NCBI GenBank assembly: GCA_973895155.1
Contig: OZ316891.1
Location: 28,711,145 to 28,775,144, forward strand
Length of the DNA: 64,000 bases
DNA from: Marsupella aquatica
Taxonomy: Eukaryota > Plantae > Marchantiophyta
Direction: 5' to 3'
The notes under the pieces were generated by a model, which worked only from the letters and a program-made list of their open reading frames with translations, did not search any database and had not been told where the DNA came from. Below are positions 50,208 to 64,000 of this stretch, piece after piece (the first letter of the stretch is position 1; each line of letters begins with the position of its first letter). Both the position numbers and the translations under genes were made by a program.

Positions 50208-50986
50208 AAGAGTGCAACACAAACTTTCTTCAATCTTCAAACACTACAGATTTGCAAAATAGACTTTCAGCAGTTTGGTGGATGGGATACTTATGCCTGA
50301 TTCCATGTGGCAAAGAAACATGGGATTAAAACCACTGAGTGTCATCTCCTCTTATTCCTATGTGTGGGTTGCCTTTCTTTATTGAGTTTTTGTTTTCAAT
50401 TGACCAAAAACTCCTTGCAAGGCCATTAAATTAAAAGGTGAAGTTTTGCCCCAAAATATTGAATGGACGGTGAAAATTTATGAAACCAGGAGAAAACTCA
50501 AAAACCAATTGGCAAAACTCTCATAAAACTCTCTAAAGCCCCAGTTATTTAATGAGAAAGTAGGTGATAGTGTTCATTTCCATTCCCCCTTTGACCCTGT
50601 TCTTGTAAAGGAGGTGGCACAAACGAGGTGTACCGCTTCAGGCACCATCACTTCGACGAGGCTAACCCATGACCTGGTGGGGCTCACATCCACAGCTCCC
50701 TCCAGGCCATGGGTTGGCAAGCGTAACCCCCACATATTTTTCACACAAACTTTGAAACCTTGACTCGGGGAGGCCAGCTGGCTGGCGATTATGAAACTTG
50801 GAACCCACTCTCCAGCTTGGCAAGGGGGTTACTGCTAGGGAAGATAAGGAAAAGAGAGAGGGATTTATTAACATTTTAAGAAGAAATCTGTGAAACCCCA
50901 CAGAAAAGAAATAATCATTAACAACATTTGAACTCTCGACTTATGAATCTCAACTCTAATGAACTATCTTATAATCATTCAAGGCT

Positions 50987-51313
50987 AAATTCAGCTAGTT
51001 TTGGAACCAAGTCAGTAAATTGAACTAGTTTTGGGGTCATGTTACAAAAATTCAAGTAGTTTTAGGGACATGTTAGCAAATTCAAGAAGTTTCCAGGCCA
51101 TAAATTCAGCTAGTTTTGGGGCCATGTTAGTAGATTCAGCTAGTTTTAGGGCCATGGTAGTAAATCCAAGTAGTTTTGGGGCCATGTTAGCAAATTCAAG
51201 AAGTTTCTGGGCCATGTTAGTAAATCCAGCTAGTTTTGGGGCCATGGTAGTAAGTTCGAGTAGTTTTGGGGTCAAGTCAGTAAATTGAACTAGTTTTGGG
51301 GTCATGTTAGTAA
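50987..51313 (-). repeat. 30-bp tandem array (~11 units), inverted relative to 50067-50207
   Basis: Repeated AAATTCAGCTAGTTTTGGGGCCATGTTAGT. Confidence 0.9.
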
Positions 51314-52017
51314 AACGCGGTTTCAAGGTTTAGGGTTTCTCTTCCTTCGAGAAAAGGAATCGAAAGGAAACGAAAGGAAACGAAAGGAAATGAGGGAAGT
51401 GGAATTAAGTGATGGATCACAGAGCGAAGGATATATACTCCCCAGGAGAGAGCGCGGAAGAGTGGCGACACAAATCTCTGTTGCCTTGGGAGGAGGATCA
51501 GGCATGGCGCCCTCTGTTCCTTTCGCGAGAATGAATTCGATTCCAGCACATCCTGCAGGTACTGCTTGATTGTATCGCCCTTCGTGATTTCTTGGAGATT
51601 TGTTATTGCGTGATTGTATCACCCTTTGTGATTTCTCTGAGATTTGTTATCCGTCGTTCTGTTTATTGGCGGAAGTGAAGTTGGGATGCATTGGCTGTAC
51701 GCAATTTGGGACTGCAATGCAATGCAATGCACTGCGGTCAGTTCATTCAATGGCAATGTAATGTTTGAGCAGTTTTGCAATTGCTCTGCGTTGTGTGAAG
51801 GGATATGGTTGCCTTTCTGGATAAAGCTTAGCGTAGCTTGGATTGCGTTGGATATGGAAGGTTTGGGAGTAGTAGGAGTAGTCTCGTCTCCGGGGGCAGG
51901 GCGGCCTTTTGCACGCAGTTCTACGGGACTCGAATTTCTGTAGTTTACGATACTGCTTTTGGCCCCCGAGTTTATCGTTGCATTCATGGTACTCAGAAGT
52001 CTGCAAGGTCATTTGTT

Positions 52018-55000
52018 ATGGTTATTGCAGAAGGAGCTATAGCCGGTTGTGCAATTCGGCCGTTGACTTGTTCCAGCGTCTCGTCTGATTCGACGAGACG
52101 GAGAGCAATTCAAAATCTCAGCTGGACAATGAAGACTGCGACTTCGCTTTGCCTCGTATCGCAGAATTCCAGGAGTTTTCCAACATCTGCGCCATATAGG
52201 TACTTCTTTTTCCTGATTCGTCGGATTCCCTTTTATGTGTTGCTACATCCGACTCTCCACAGGGATGCGAGAATCGCAAGCTGCAGTGTTCTCTGTCGGA
52301 TTCAAGAGACGGTATGTGCGTGGTGGAGAGAATTAGGTTTCTGAAAAGGTCTAGCTAAGGCTTGGAAATTTAGAAGCATGAATAAGGAAAGCTGGCTGCG
52401 CAAGAACCTCCTGATATCAAAGACAAGAAATTGTTAGTCCGCAATTCTAACGTTGCTTACAAAATGTGGCTTTAATCGGAGTATAGGCGTTGTTTCCCCT
52501 TCCTCTCTCTTCGGAATTAAAACGTTCGATCCTCTCCCGAAGATCGCAGTGAACCCTTTATCGCCTGGTGATTTTTCTCGCATCCGTCACATCGTCTCAT
52601 TTCGCCGGTTGACAAAATTGGCTCAATGGAAGAGTTGTGCCTGGAGCATTCTTTGCCCCTACTAACTAATTGCACAGCATGAGGGCTTACTATCGCTTCA
52701 GGTTCCTTATCCTACTAGCAGTACAATCAGTGATTTTCAACTCGTTCTTTTAAATCTGGGAACCGTACCTGTCCCCGATTGGCTTCATCAGGCGAGTTGC
52801 TTGTTATTAGTTAAGAGCGAACCTCCTATTGTTGTTCAGAATGATAAGGATACGACTCAATGTTCCACAGCGATATGCTAACAAAACAATGGATCTATCT
52901 ACCAGTGATGCCTCTACCAAGTTAAGTCAGCTCGAAAAGAAGTGGGAATTATCTGATTTTTATGTCGCTTTCAAATGCAGTTCCGGGTGTGGGGTATTCA
53001 GAGCAGGCGCCTCGGAGACGTCAGGAGCAAGAGAATGCCACGTTTCTCCTTCGACTTGTGGTGGGGGATTCATTGGTTGGAAATTAGGTCATTTTCACTT
53101 GGGAATAAGCGGAAGAGATTATGATCCGAGGGTTCGCCCCGGTTGTAGAAAACACTCCAGGTTTGCTGCTAGAGATGGAACAACACCCTACTCATCGGAC
53201 CTGGAATCACCTCAGCCCGCGGAGAAAGAGGACGGGTTGGACTTGGAGGAATCAGAGAGGAACTCAGTCTCGGCACAGCAAGACCCGAATGTGAAGTACA
53301 TTGGCACAAACGCTAGTTCCCCGGAACAAGCTACTTTGTCGTCTTCTCCTTCCTCCTCTTCGTCATCGAAGCCGTTCCCTGGTAACAGTAGAAGAGCCAA
53401 TGGGTCTCATCGATTCTCTGAACAACAACAAGCCCCGAAGGAGTTCCGTTCTAAACCCTATAGAAATCGCCTCTTGGGCCTTTCAAAGATCGGGACGATC
53501 GTGAACGATGCAGCCGAGTCGTTTTTCAAGAGTGAGATCCGCCGGCGTATCTTTGTAACCGTTGTTTTAGTCATGGCGAGTCGTTTGGGATACTTTATGC
53601 CCATACCGGGCTTTGACCGTCGTTTCATGCCGGGAGACTATCTTGCTCTCGTTTCAGGAGCCGTAGGTAAGAACGCAAACGGGTTTTACTGAATCTGTAC
53701 TGGAAGTAACTCGAATTCTGCAAATTTCAAGTGATTCAATGTTTATGGCTAGTGCTAATTGCTGGGAGGTGAGGTTAACTACGAAGTGCTTCATCTCCAT
53801 GTCTCAATCTCTCTGATTGATGGCCTTATTAGGTCTAGGGTTTAAGCTGCCAGGCTTTAGAGCATCAGTTCAGGAAATTTAAGCTGTGTTATTCTTTGGA
53901 TTGATCATACTTGTTCCGGGTTTGTCCTCAGAGGAATTAGGAGACCTGGTGTCTGAGCTGAAACTGGCAGTTTTTCAACTCGGCATCAGCCCCTACATTT
54001 TCTCGTCCATCATCATGCAGGTGCACCTATTCGTTTTACATCCAGTAGTTTTTCAGCTTCATTTAACGAGGCACGGTACAGTAATGGTATGGACAACCCC
54101 ATGGACATTATAGTCGATGTCAACCTGATCTGAATCTGTTTGTGCAGGTTGCCACTCATGTTATTCCTAAATTGACTAAGTTGCGTAAGGAAGGCCTTGA
54201 TGGGAACGAGAAGATTAAAAAATACACGTGAGATAAACCTCTCAAAGTCCATTCAGCAACTATCCGTATCGTAAAACGCTTGAAAATTTAGATACTTTCG
54301 TTGTTGCAAATCTTGCCCAAATCCCTCTAGATCAGCTAGTACTCCCCCGTATCTCAGGGTACTCTCTATTCATGCTTTCCCTAGTTGTTGGTGCTTTCCA
54401 CGGAAATGCCTTGACGAGGAATGGGACTGCCTGTCATTCCTCATTCATGCAGGTGGTGGTTAGCATTGGCAATCGCGATTGCAGAGTCATTGGTAGTATC
54501 TTTCCATTCGAGTCAATACTCTGTCTACGGTGCTCAGAACAGGTATCCCGAATCACTTTCATCGATGTTGGATCTAGGTCATTTGAACAGTGGTCGTCAG
54601 GCCAATTTTTAATAACCCCAAAATACTAGCAATTAGAATGAAGTAGCTCCGACACCTGACTACAGAGTTGCAAGTGTGCCAACTAAAAACGCAGTATTAG
54701 CCGGAAGGAAATTTGATTGTCGAACCTGGGTTAGGTTTCATGTACTAAAGGTTTCTATGCCAATACATTGGCACATTGAGATCTGCCCAGGACTAGTGTG
54801 AGACTGAGAACCCTCTGGATTGGAATGGTGTAGTCTTGGCTATGTTATGGTTACAACTGGGCTTTTGACGACTGGAGCCATGACAATTAACTGGATCTGC
54901 GAGAAGATCACGACGGCTGGCTTTGGTAAAATAAATTCCCTTAGATACAACCTCTTTTCAAGCATAATACTCCATTGGTATCTAGATTACTTCAATTCCT

Positions 55001-57330
55001 AAGCAACTAGGCCAAAGAAATTGCTTGCAGTGACCGTATGCGAATTGTGTTGCAGGACAAGGATCCTCGTTGATTATCTGCATCAGTATCTTGACTGGCT
55101 ACTCGGAGAATCTGTACAAGATGATTTCAAATTTATTAAGTAAATAAGTTTCACCTCGGACAACTTCCTGGTTCCTTTTGGTTCATGTTGCTACTTTTAC
55201 TGTTACTTCCACATGGGTGAGCTGGTAACGGCTGCTGGTCTTTTCTCTGAAGAGGACCAGCTTAGCCATAGCATTTGGTTCTCGCTGAGTGTCTAAATTT
55301 AGACAAATCAGTAAATAAATCTAAATTGTCAAATTTTTGAGCTATCTTCTGCGCTCCATACTGATCCCCTAGTTTTCTATGTTAATTTCAGATGGCACCT
55401 GCACCTGGGTTCCATTGGGTTTGTTTCTTGGGTGCTTTTTCCTCATCACAATGTGGGCAGTTATAGTTACTGAGGGTCGGCGAAAGGTCAAGCTGCAATA
55501 CTATGATTTTGAACTTACTTCAAGTGCGGGGTAAATCTCTTTCGTTCATTGCAACGAGCCTGAATGCCCGTTCTTTGAATGTTGATAGAAATGATGACAA
55601 AAATCATCATTCATGATCATGATTTTGACATACATAAAATCTCGTCCTTTCCATCCACATCAATTTTGGTGGGGCCCTAGAGTCATGGTCTAAAGGCTTC
55701 ACTCTAGAAACCTAGACCGCAACTCTAGCTTCTCATCGCGGTTAGTTCTATAGATATTTCTTATACAATTATGAAAGGGAAGCATTCAATCCTAAATATG
55801 AACAACCCTGCCATGCAAATAGTGTTCTCTCTGTTTCTGTGTTCTCCACAGTGGTTTCCTTGTATGAGGACCTTAGTAGTTTTGAACTGAGGAAATCTGC
55901 TAGATCTACTTCAACTAACATGCTTACGTCTCCAACATTCCAGAGGAAGCTCCGTCCTCCCTGAAGTTGAACCATACATCCCATTTAACATCAACCCTAC
56001 TGGCATGCAACCTGTTCTCACTACGACATATTTGATGGCAGTGCCATCTCTTATTGCGGGGTAAGTCTTGCTTAATGTCTTTGGACTCCACATTTATCAC
56101 CTGAGTTTTTCTGCGAGAGGTGCGATTTTTATCTTGGGAAGTGCAGATTTTATTGGTGACAGGTATATGACCGTGAATCATCACTTCCTTAATTTTCATT
56201 TTCGGGTTTTGCAGGCTCACAAACAATAGAACGGCGGTGATTATCAGGGACACTCTCAATCCATCTTATCCAACAGCACCAGGGGCGCAGCCATGGCTGT
56301 ATTATTTACTGAATGCCATGTTCATATTTATCTTCAACGTGCTGGACATTGTAAGTCTGTCTATCAGGGACGTGCATTTCTGGGTTACTCCTTACTTGTG
56401 GATGAGTTTTATTGTTGTAGAGTGACTGAATCCTTCTTTTCAGAAAGGCGAGGTTTCACGAGACTGATCCGTGGCCGTTTGATAGATGGATACTCCCAAG
56501 GAGGTAGCTGACTACATGATGAAAATTGGGGCTCGGATACCTTCTATAAAACCTGGGCGCCGCACAATTGAATATCTAACCAAAGTGCAGGCATCTACTC
56601 GATTCTGGGGTAGGTGACTAATCTCTATGTTCCTTATTTAATTTTATTGTTCTATGTTGGATATGGCGCACGTGGGCTTTAGGGTTTTGATCAACAGTGT
56701 CGAAGGCTTCAACATCTCTCTATCTCATAAACTGTTCGAAGCATTAATTTTGTCATTCATTGTCCAAACCAGGTAGAGGCTGTCTCCTCACTTCAGCTTC
56801 TCGTAGGAACCAATTGATTCAGTAGGCCAATCTTTGTGCACAAGTTCTCCGTGTTCGACTTGCTATTGATGACAATTGTGTTTGAATGTTTTCTTTCCTC
56901 TTGGGCTCGCTATTGATGACGATTGTGTTTTACGAATGTTTTCTTTTCCTCTTGCTAATTAAGCTATGCCCAGCTCTCTATTTGGTAGTTATGCCTCAAT
57001 CGCAATATGTCGTGCAGGTGGGTTACTCTTGGCTCTTCTGGCCACTGTCTCAACTCTGGTGGACTACAGGTTTAGGTCTCTTCACCAAGGGGGAACAATT
57101 GGATTCACTTCAATGCTAATCATTGTAAGTTTATTGTTGAAACAATTCTTGTTGTCGTTTCTATACTTAGTCAATCGTTGTTTTCTCTTGCTCTCATTGG
57201 TTCAGTTTCCTCATGACAGATCCTCTTGCTTCCTATCCAGGTTGGTTCAATTGTAGAGCTACGAAGATCGTTTTTAGCCTATAATGTGATGCCATCTCTA
57301 AGCAAGGTGCTCAGACGATATGGAGTTTAA
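52018..57330 (+). CDS. SCY2: Plastid preprotein translocase subunit SecY2 (SCY2), 13 coding exons
   Basis: Exons approx. 52018-52199, 52981-53666, 53932-54020, 54148-54227, 54453-54542, 54834-54925, 55056-55139, 55392-55531, 55945-56060, 56215-56350, 56486-56609, 57018-57124, 57241-57330, all GT-AG. Motifs SRLGYFMPIPG, FQLGISPYIFSSIIMQ, GQGSSLII, YIPFNINPTGMQP, IKPGRRTIEYL and C-terminus VMPSLSKVLRRYGV. Ser/Arg-rich transit peptide. Confidence 0.95.
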
Positions 57331-60300
57331 AACTTGGTGTCTAATCTGAAACGCCTTCAGCAATTCAGCACGACGCTCCTCTCAGTCATACTCGACTGAT
57401 TATTTCACACGGTGTGTCTCAATTCATCATGCAGTTCCCAATGTAAATGGATTTGTCAATCACTTGTTAAATGATCTGGATCGTGTTTGAGGAAGAATTG
57501 TCTGACTCGGTTCTTTGGTTTGCTCATCTGAAGGTGGAGTGGATAGAGCAATGGCTTTCGATTAAGAATTCTGATCCTCAAACTCTGGCATACTCTTAAG
57601 CTGTAAGCTAGGCCTGCCCTCTCAACAGTCCATTTGTTCCAATATGCTGTGTAATCAACCTTAGAAGCTGGGTCCCCGCGCTTCACATGAACTTTCACGC
57701 CAATAGCCCGAACTCCACGAAGATGCTTTAGAAGTACTAGGGTACAGGAGGTTTAGAGGAAGCTTAGGGAGTTCTGTACATTACTTGGTATCAAGAATAT
57801 AGCTGTAGCTCCGATGAAATCCTCACTTGGTGGCGGGAAACCTTTTTGTTCTCAGCTCGATTTCCTGGCCTTGAACTACGAGTTCGACGGTGGTTGGACA
57901 AAATAGGGTTTCCCAGAGAGGTTTAGATTAAGTGCCATAATGTTAGATCTGAGCGGTATTTGACAAAAAATTGGTTCAAACTCGGTTCCGTCTTGACATT
58001 TGTTAGAGCTGGCGATGATGTCAGTTTGTAGAGGCTTTTCCATTGTCATAACCCAGACCATCTGTGTCAGACATGACCTTTCATTGCAGTATACAACTGT
58101 TAGGAAAGTCCAGTCTGAGATTCTTAGAACTTGCTATCAAAGGTTTATGGTGCATCGTTTGAGACAAGGGAGGGCTGAGCAAAGTCATGGCGTTTGAAGA
58201 GGATATCAAAACAATTTGGTGTTCCTGTTGGGGCAATCCCTTACCCAAGCTGCCTAAGGGCAAGGTTCCAAGGGGCTGGGAGTGAGGAGTGCACATGTGT
58301 CAGCATGTTTGAGCCAATAAGATCACAGCCACTAAGATCACAGCTTTTCCAGGGAGTTGAGTGTACAAATACAGTAGTAGCGAGTATAATCTTCCTTCAC
58401 AACCCCCTGCCCCTGTACAGTGAGTACAGTGCATTCTCATTGGCTCTAAAGTCAAAACTCATTCACATACATGTATTTGGGGCCCAGGGGGTGTTTGAGG
58501 GGGTGATTGTACTCCCTGCCCCTGGGCCCATGGAACCTTACCACATCATGCATGTCTGGACAAGGAGAGTATATGACTAACTCTTTTAGGACAAAAGGAA
58601 GCCCTGATGGACCAGAACGTTTGACTAACAACTTGACAGGCTGTTGCAATCCGGATGGACTTGTTTTAAAAAAATGGAATTCTAATAGTAGCTTTCCTTC
58701 GTGTAATGGTCACACTTTTGGGTCTAAATCTGCTAGCTCCATCTCAGCTGTGTGAGCAGGTGTTCATTCAAGCATCCATTCAAGCATCCATTCAAGCATC
58801 CATTTCCCTTCAAGATGATTACCCTTTCCAGAAATACCTTCAGGCACACCCCCTGGCTGCCACCCAGGTACAACACTGACCAACATTGCACCACCAGTCA
58901 AGAGTAATCTTGGTTTACCCTAATCCGCAGGTCAACTTTCCTTCCCACCACTGGCGATATGTAAAAGGAAGTGTCCAAATATTCCCCCTTTTCCACTTTT
59001 CAGTAAATTGCTCATTTCTATTATGCTAGTCTCACTATATTAAAGTGTCCAATATTTCCCTCTTTTCCACACTTCAGTGAATTGCTCCTTTCTACTATGT
59101 TAGTCTCACCTGATTTCACAGTAAATCTCTTGTAAATGGTGGGACTTCATCCAGGTCACCCTTTTGGGGCATGCTAAATGATATTTTTGATGAAAGTGCA
59201 TGGGAGGGCGGCACAAATTTTGTGCCAGTGTGTAAACAATGGGAGTGAGAAACTCTATCCTGTAAGAAACTCATCCATTCCATCTGCCCCTTGATAGAAA
59301 TTGTCACAACATAAAACGGTTTGAGAGTTTGACACAAACTATGGGTGATATGCCAGACCTACCCATGTTCTAGTCATACCCAACACAAACTAAATTGGTG
59401 ACAATTGCTTCAATTAGAGAAGTGAATAACATTGGTTTCCATTGGTCTACTTAATCATCAAAACACAACATTATGTGCAATCTTGCTCTTTCTTTATATT
59501 GATGTTTTTTTAAATGTCTTTCCTGCAAACCTCCTTGGCCGTTGGATTATGGTGACATCTTTTCTAAAGCATGAGATGGACCTGGAGGTGCCACTGTGAG
59601 CCTCTTCCACTCCCAACCTGTCACACTCCTCCAACTCACATACCCCTTGAAATCAAGTTGCCAGACCAACTTGCCTACTCCAAGCAACATCCAACTGCCT
59701 TGCCATCTAACTTAAGAACACTTTTGCCCAATATTTCTGCTCAACATCACTGGTTATGGACAATACTATACTATACAACGCAGAGCATTCAGTTACTGCT
59801 ATTATAGTGCACATAACCAAATCCACCTTACGTCCATTGTTTCCCAATAATTGTTTGCAAGGTTACCTCAACTGCTTGGTCATGGATGCAATCTCAATGT
59901 TTTTTGCTTCCATGCCAACCTCTATCTAATATCTTAACCAGTTATTGTTCTACAAGTCATGCTTGGTCATTGACACAAATCTCAAAGACCATTGCTTCCA
60001 TGTTGGCCTCTTTTAAATTTCATAAGTAGACATTCTCTTGATTAATAGCCCAATGCCTCTGCGTTGAATGATGTGAGTGATGTTGAGCTGAAGCGTTCTT
60101 GGGTATGTGTGACATGGTCAAGTTGGACAATGCGGGGAGCAGACAAGTCGGCCCGACGACTGAAGTCCATGGAGTGTGCGAGCTGCCAGGAGGGTGATGG
60201 GGTGGACACAGAAAAGAGTGGCAGACACCTGGGCCATCTTATATTTAGGAATATTGTCACCATAATAAGATTACTCAAGAATCTTTTCATCTTAATGACA

Positions 60301-60392
60301 TTTTATAAAAATACATAAGGGTTTGCATGTTATAGATATCACTATAAGTGTTTACATTGATACTTGAGACTATCTATATTTGATCCCATTTT

Positions 60393-60642
60393 TGGACGGC
60401 CAGATCATAATTTCACAGATTGTTCTGACTCTCATCCCACTAATGGACGGCCAGATCATAGTTTAACAGATTGTTCAGCCAGATAAACGGGAGAGCGGCG
60501 CTAAAATAGCCGGATAAAACGGGAGGCTCATGAATTCAGCCAATCTCTCCATTACTATTTACTAATACCGGAGTGATTCGCTCCTGGCTCTGGCCCCCTC
60601 CCTATTAATGGACGGCCAGGATCATACTTTCAGAGATTGTCT
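60393..60642 (+). repeat. Three dispersed copies of TGGACGGCCAG(G)ATCATA...AGATTGT in a probable promoter region
   Basis: Copies at ~60393, ~60444 and ~60609, upstream of a GA-rich 5'-UTR-like stretch. Confidence 0.6.
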
Positions 60643-62636
60643 GGCCCAATAAATGAGGAGATGAGATCGAAGTAATCGAACGGTAGATCGACGGAAGGCG
60701 GCTGATTAAACGGCGCTTCAGGATCATGACGATAATGAGGTGTTAGCGCGCGAAAACTGGTTCTAATCCCATCATCAAGGCTGGCCCACTTAGGCACTTA
60801 GCGAATCGCTTCTTCACCGGAATTAGTGTAATTAGTCGAGATCCCGGAAAGACCGAAAGAGGGACGAAGAAGAAGAGTTGACGAGCAGAAGGAAGACACG
60901 AGAGACAGTTCTCTCGAAGAATCGAGTGATCTTTGGTTCATTCGTTCATTCGCTCCTTCGCTCGGGCCGTGCGAGCGAGCGTGTAGAATGCGGGCCCTGG
61001 TGCTCATGATTGCACTTCTGCTTCGACCCTGCCAACTGTGACCTCTCCTACATGCCGCGCTTCGTTGAAGATGGGACACCACGCATGATTGTGGTTGTGT
61101 AGATAGTAACGAGAGTGTCCAGGGCGGACGGAGCGAGGAGGGGGAAAGAAAGGAGGACGGAAGAAGGCGAGGGCGGGAGTCGACGGCCGGGTGTCATGGT
61201 TCGTTGAACGCTTCGCAATCGCGGACAGGATTTTTGGAAGGTATGATTCCGGGAGTGGGTGTGTGCAAGAGGTACTGTCGGATTCTTGTTTACAGACGCG
61301 TTGTGGTTGATTGATGAATGGCGTGAAGGAAATTGGAATGGAGGTGATTTGATTTCGGGTTGCTTTGATTTTGGTCGACGGGTCGAAGGTCGGTCGTTAG
61401 TTCGGTCGATTGGAAATGTGGGAATTGTTGTTCCCGCGGATTTGTCATTTGAGAGATCGAGGTGCCTGTTTCGTTCCATGTCTTCAGATAGTCCGATTTC
61501 GATTTGTCAATGCTGGTTTGTGTCGGCTCGGTTCTAGCGGTCTTTCGGGATGATTGAAATTTTGACTATCCAGGAGGGAGTGGAGGCAAATTGTGTGGGA
61601 CGGAGAGTACATCAGTAGTCCTGGTCGATGAGGAGGGAGTTTAAGTGTTGTAAATTGGTCAAGTGTCGTCATGGTGCTGGGTTGTATAGATTTTCAGTCT
61701 CCAAGTCGTTGTCGGTGCATTGTCATAGTGCTAGCTGGCTAGTCTTGCTGGATGTTATCTTCGTTGCCGATCCAGGAGGAAGCGGAGCTTTGCCACTTAG
61801 GTCTTCGTTTCGTCCTAATTCTATGCAGGGTTTTCCTCCCGCTCTTTTTGCTGGCTGTTACTGTGATTCTCCCTTCCGCCGTGCTCCGTAGGAGTAGTCG
61901 TTGTCTGTACTTGAGCTGATGCTCGTACTGAGTGCATCGCGTCCTCGTTGCGTTGACAGCTTGTCTGGTTGTGTTTTTGGTTCTTAGTGCTGGTACAGCG
62001 GAATGTGCGCAATGAATAATTTCTACGTCACTTTGAGCAATGACTTTCCACCTGTCCCATTCTATTTTCCTGTTGCGTTCCATTTCACCCTTATTTTGCT
62101 ACCGGAAATGGCCTAAGAGCCTGTTTCCTTTCACCCCCCTGGCGGCCCAGAATCCCGTTGCGCAAAGGAGGGTTGTGCGAAGGAAATGTCCTGCAACTCC
62201 CACGGTCCACTATGTGCAATTCGCACGGTAGACTTTGCGCAGGTATTTCATGGGCCACCCTCGAAAGTTTCGTTCGTTGTGATCGGATGGGGTTTCTGCC
62301 ATGTAGCCGGGGTGAAAGGAGATGAACTCTAATACTGGGGCGCCCGGTACACTTTGCGCAGGCATTTTACTCGCCACCTCCGAAAGTTTCAATTGTTGTG
62401 ATCGGCTCCACACATCTGGGGGATTTTACAACTGGGGTTCGATCGTGTAGCTGGGGTGAATGGAAATGAACTATAATGCTGGCGATGAACGGAGACGAAT
62501 CCCTCTCTCTCTCTGAAGTTATAGAATTTTCAGTCAGCTCTCTCCTTGAAGTTTTAGAATTTGCACTCTTGTCAGACGCCTTTGGCAACACAGTGGACTT
62601 AAAGCTGGCGAAGAGAATTAAGAGTTCATGTGAAAT

Positions 62637-64000
62637 ATGGGTCCAGGACCGGAAGTAGAACCTGGGACATCCATCGCGGTATACTGGGATCTGGACAGGA
62701 AATGGTACAACGCGGAAGTGCTCAATTACGACCCTGTGACCGGGATTTATAAATTGCTGTACACTGATGGAGAGAGAGAGGAGCTCGACCTGACAGCGGT
62801 GAAGTATAGACCTCTCTGGGGTGGAAAACTAAGAGAGAGGATGGTCAAGGCGGGAGGAGATATTTCCAGAAGACAATCTATTGAATACATTGTGAAGACG
62901 CTGTTAGATGTGGGTATGTTATCTCAGTCGTCTGTTGGGTATATCCGGTGTTCAGCAACGATGGGAAGGAAAATCTTATTTTCATATCTGAACCTCTTGT
63001 CATCTAGTTTTGCCTTGCTTGCCCTACGACCGTAATTAGCCCACGACCGTAATTAGCCCACGGCCGTTCTACCTCAGAAGAACTGTTCTCTGGCCACCGT
63101 TTACTGCGGTTTTCATTTTCTTTGGTGGGCTCGACGACGGCTGTAGCTGAGGACGTTACTGAGCGTTTGGTGAATTGAATCTTCTCAAGCATCAATCCTT
63201 TTCCATCTGTGGTCTTGCAGAGGATAGGCTCCCGCCGAGAGGTGTGTACAACAATAAGAAGAAATGGTGGTCCCTGTGGCATTCCCGAGTCACGAATGCC
63301 GGAAAGTATGGCAACATTGCAGAGCTGGCGAAAGCTTCTGTGGAGATCGCCTTCCAGATGAACGATAATATCAGTACTTCGTGGTGGAAGTCGCAGGTTC
63401 TCTCTTGGTCCCTGACTTACAGTTCTGTACATCTGCTGAACAAAATTAGTCAGCATTTGAAATGCCTCTCTGTTAATTTTATGTTTCTCAACTCAAGTAG
63501 TACGGGAGGAGATCATGGCACCGGTACAGTTGGACTGAAAGATGAACGATCTTTACCTTCCAGTGACGTGATAACATGCATATGAAAGTTCTTTGCGGAT
63601 GTATTTGGATTGACTTTTTGCGTTCGATATTAAATTTGGTGGCAGAGGTTAAATTGGCAAAAACAACTGGAGTCCTCCACAACCATTGTTGCATTGTCGT
63701 CTTGCTTGACTGACTTGCTCACTAAGGCCGTAGACTGGAATGCCGCACGGAAGTTGTTCTCCTCAGAATTCTCGGAGAGCGGTGAGAATTCTATCTTGGT
63801 CTCTTCGTTCTAAGATTTTCGACTACATGCGCTCTGCTGCACAGTGCTCTTTGAGTGAGGGAACTTTTCTGCTCGATGCAATGATTTCCGTATTCCGACA
63901 GTGCGGGCAAACAACCAAATCTCTGTGAATGTTGCAGACCGGAAGAAGAGTTCTGGCGTCGACAAGAAGGGCACTACCGGTAGTAAGCTAAGTGCGCGGG
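62637..64000 (+). CDS. Multi-exon Tudor-domain (chromatin-reader-like) protein gene, partial
   Basis: GTSIAVYWDLDRKWYNAEVLNYDPVTGIYKLLYTDGEREELDL is a plant Tudor-like domain. Probable donor at ~62914; next exon 63221-63396 (WWSLWHSRV...ELAK...SWW); further small exons are uncertain. Confidence 0.65.

Noticed and set aside
50067-51313. CRISPR-like array
   Set aside because: The 30-bp units are contiguous with no unique spacers, the context is eukaryotic and there are no cas genes. ORFs 51031..51288 and 51042..51326 are artefacts of the repeat.
52829-57330. Bacterial or plastid-encoded secY, or contamination
   Set aside because: Twelve GT-AG introns and a transit-peptide exon indicate nuclear SCY2.
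57456-60318. Short ORFs and small duplications (12-bp x3 at ~58765, ~75-bp x2 at ~58970-59110)
   Set aside because: No protein motifs and no definable TIR/TSD; treated as ordinary intergenic or decayed repeat sequence.

Overview
Eukaryotic nuclear DNA from a land plant, most likely a bryophyte/liverwort (inferred from a 13-exon plastid SCY2 gene and the TE protein families). The first ~49 kb is a nest of transposons. (i) A non-chromovirus Ty3/gypsy element whose ~4.0-kb LTRs each carry an ~880-codon gene. (ii) An older Ty3/gypsy element carrying a DNMT3-like C5-cytosine methyltransferase directly upstream of RT. (iii) Three diverged copies of an intron-containing Mutator-like DNA transposon (GCM-like Zn domain + DDE + SWIM) that all end in TATACCCC; one has an 8-bp TSD, and their non-coding parts carry family-specific 15-bp palindromes TAGCG-N5-CGCTA. 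(iv) A Bianca-type Ty1/copia with identical 159-bp LTRs. (v) A 4.0-kb solo LTR with a 5-bp TSD, carrying a gene homologous to the LTR-borne gene of (i). (vi) A truncated ParB/Srx-like ORF and further LTR remnants. The last 15 kb holds inverted 30-bp tandem arrays, SCY2, and the start of a Tudor-domain gene. The most notable signals are the LTR-embedded gene family, the motif-studded MULE-like family (architecture reminiscent of VANDAL/VANC anti-silencing) and the methyltransferase-bearing retrotransposon. All alignments and counts were done by eye; no database search was run.
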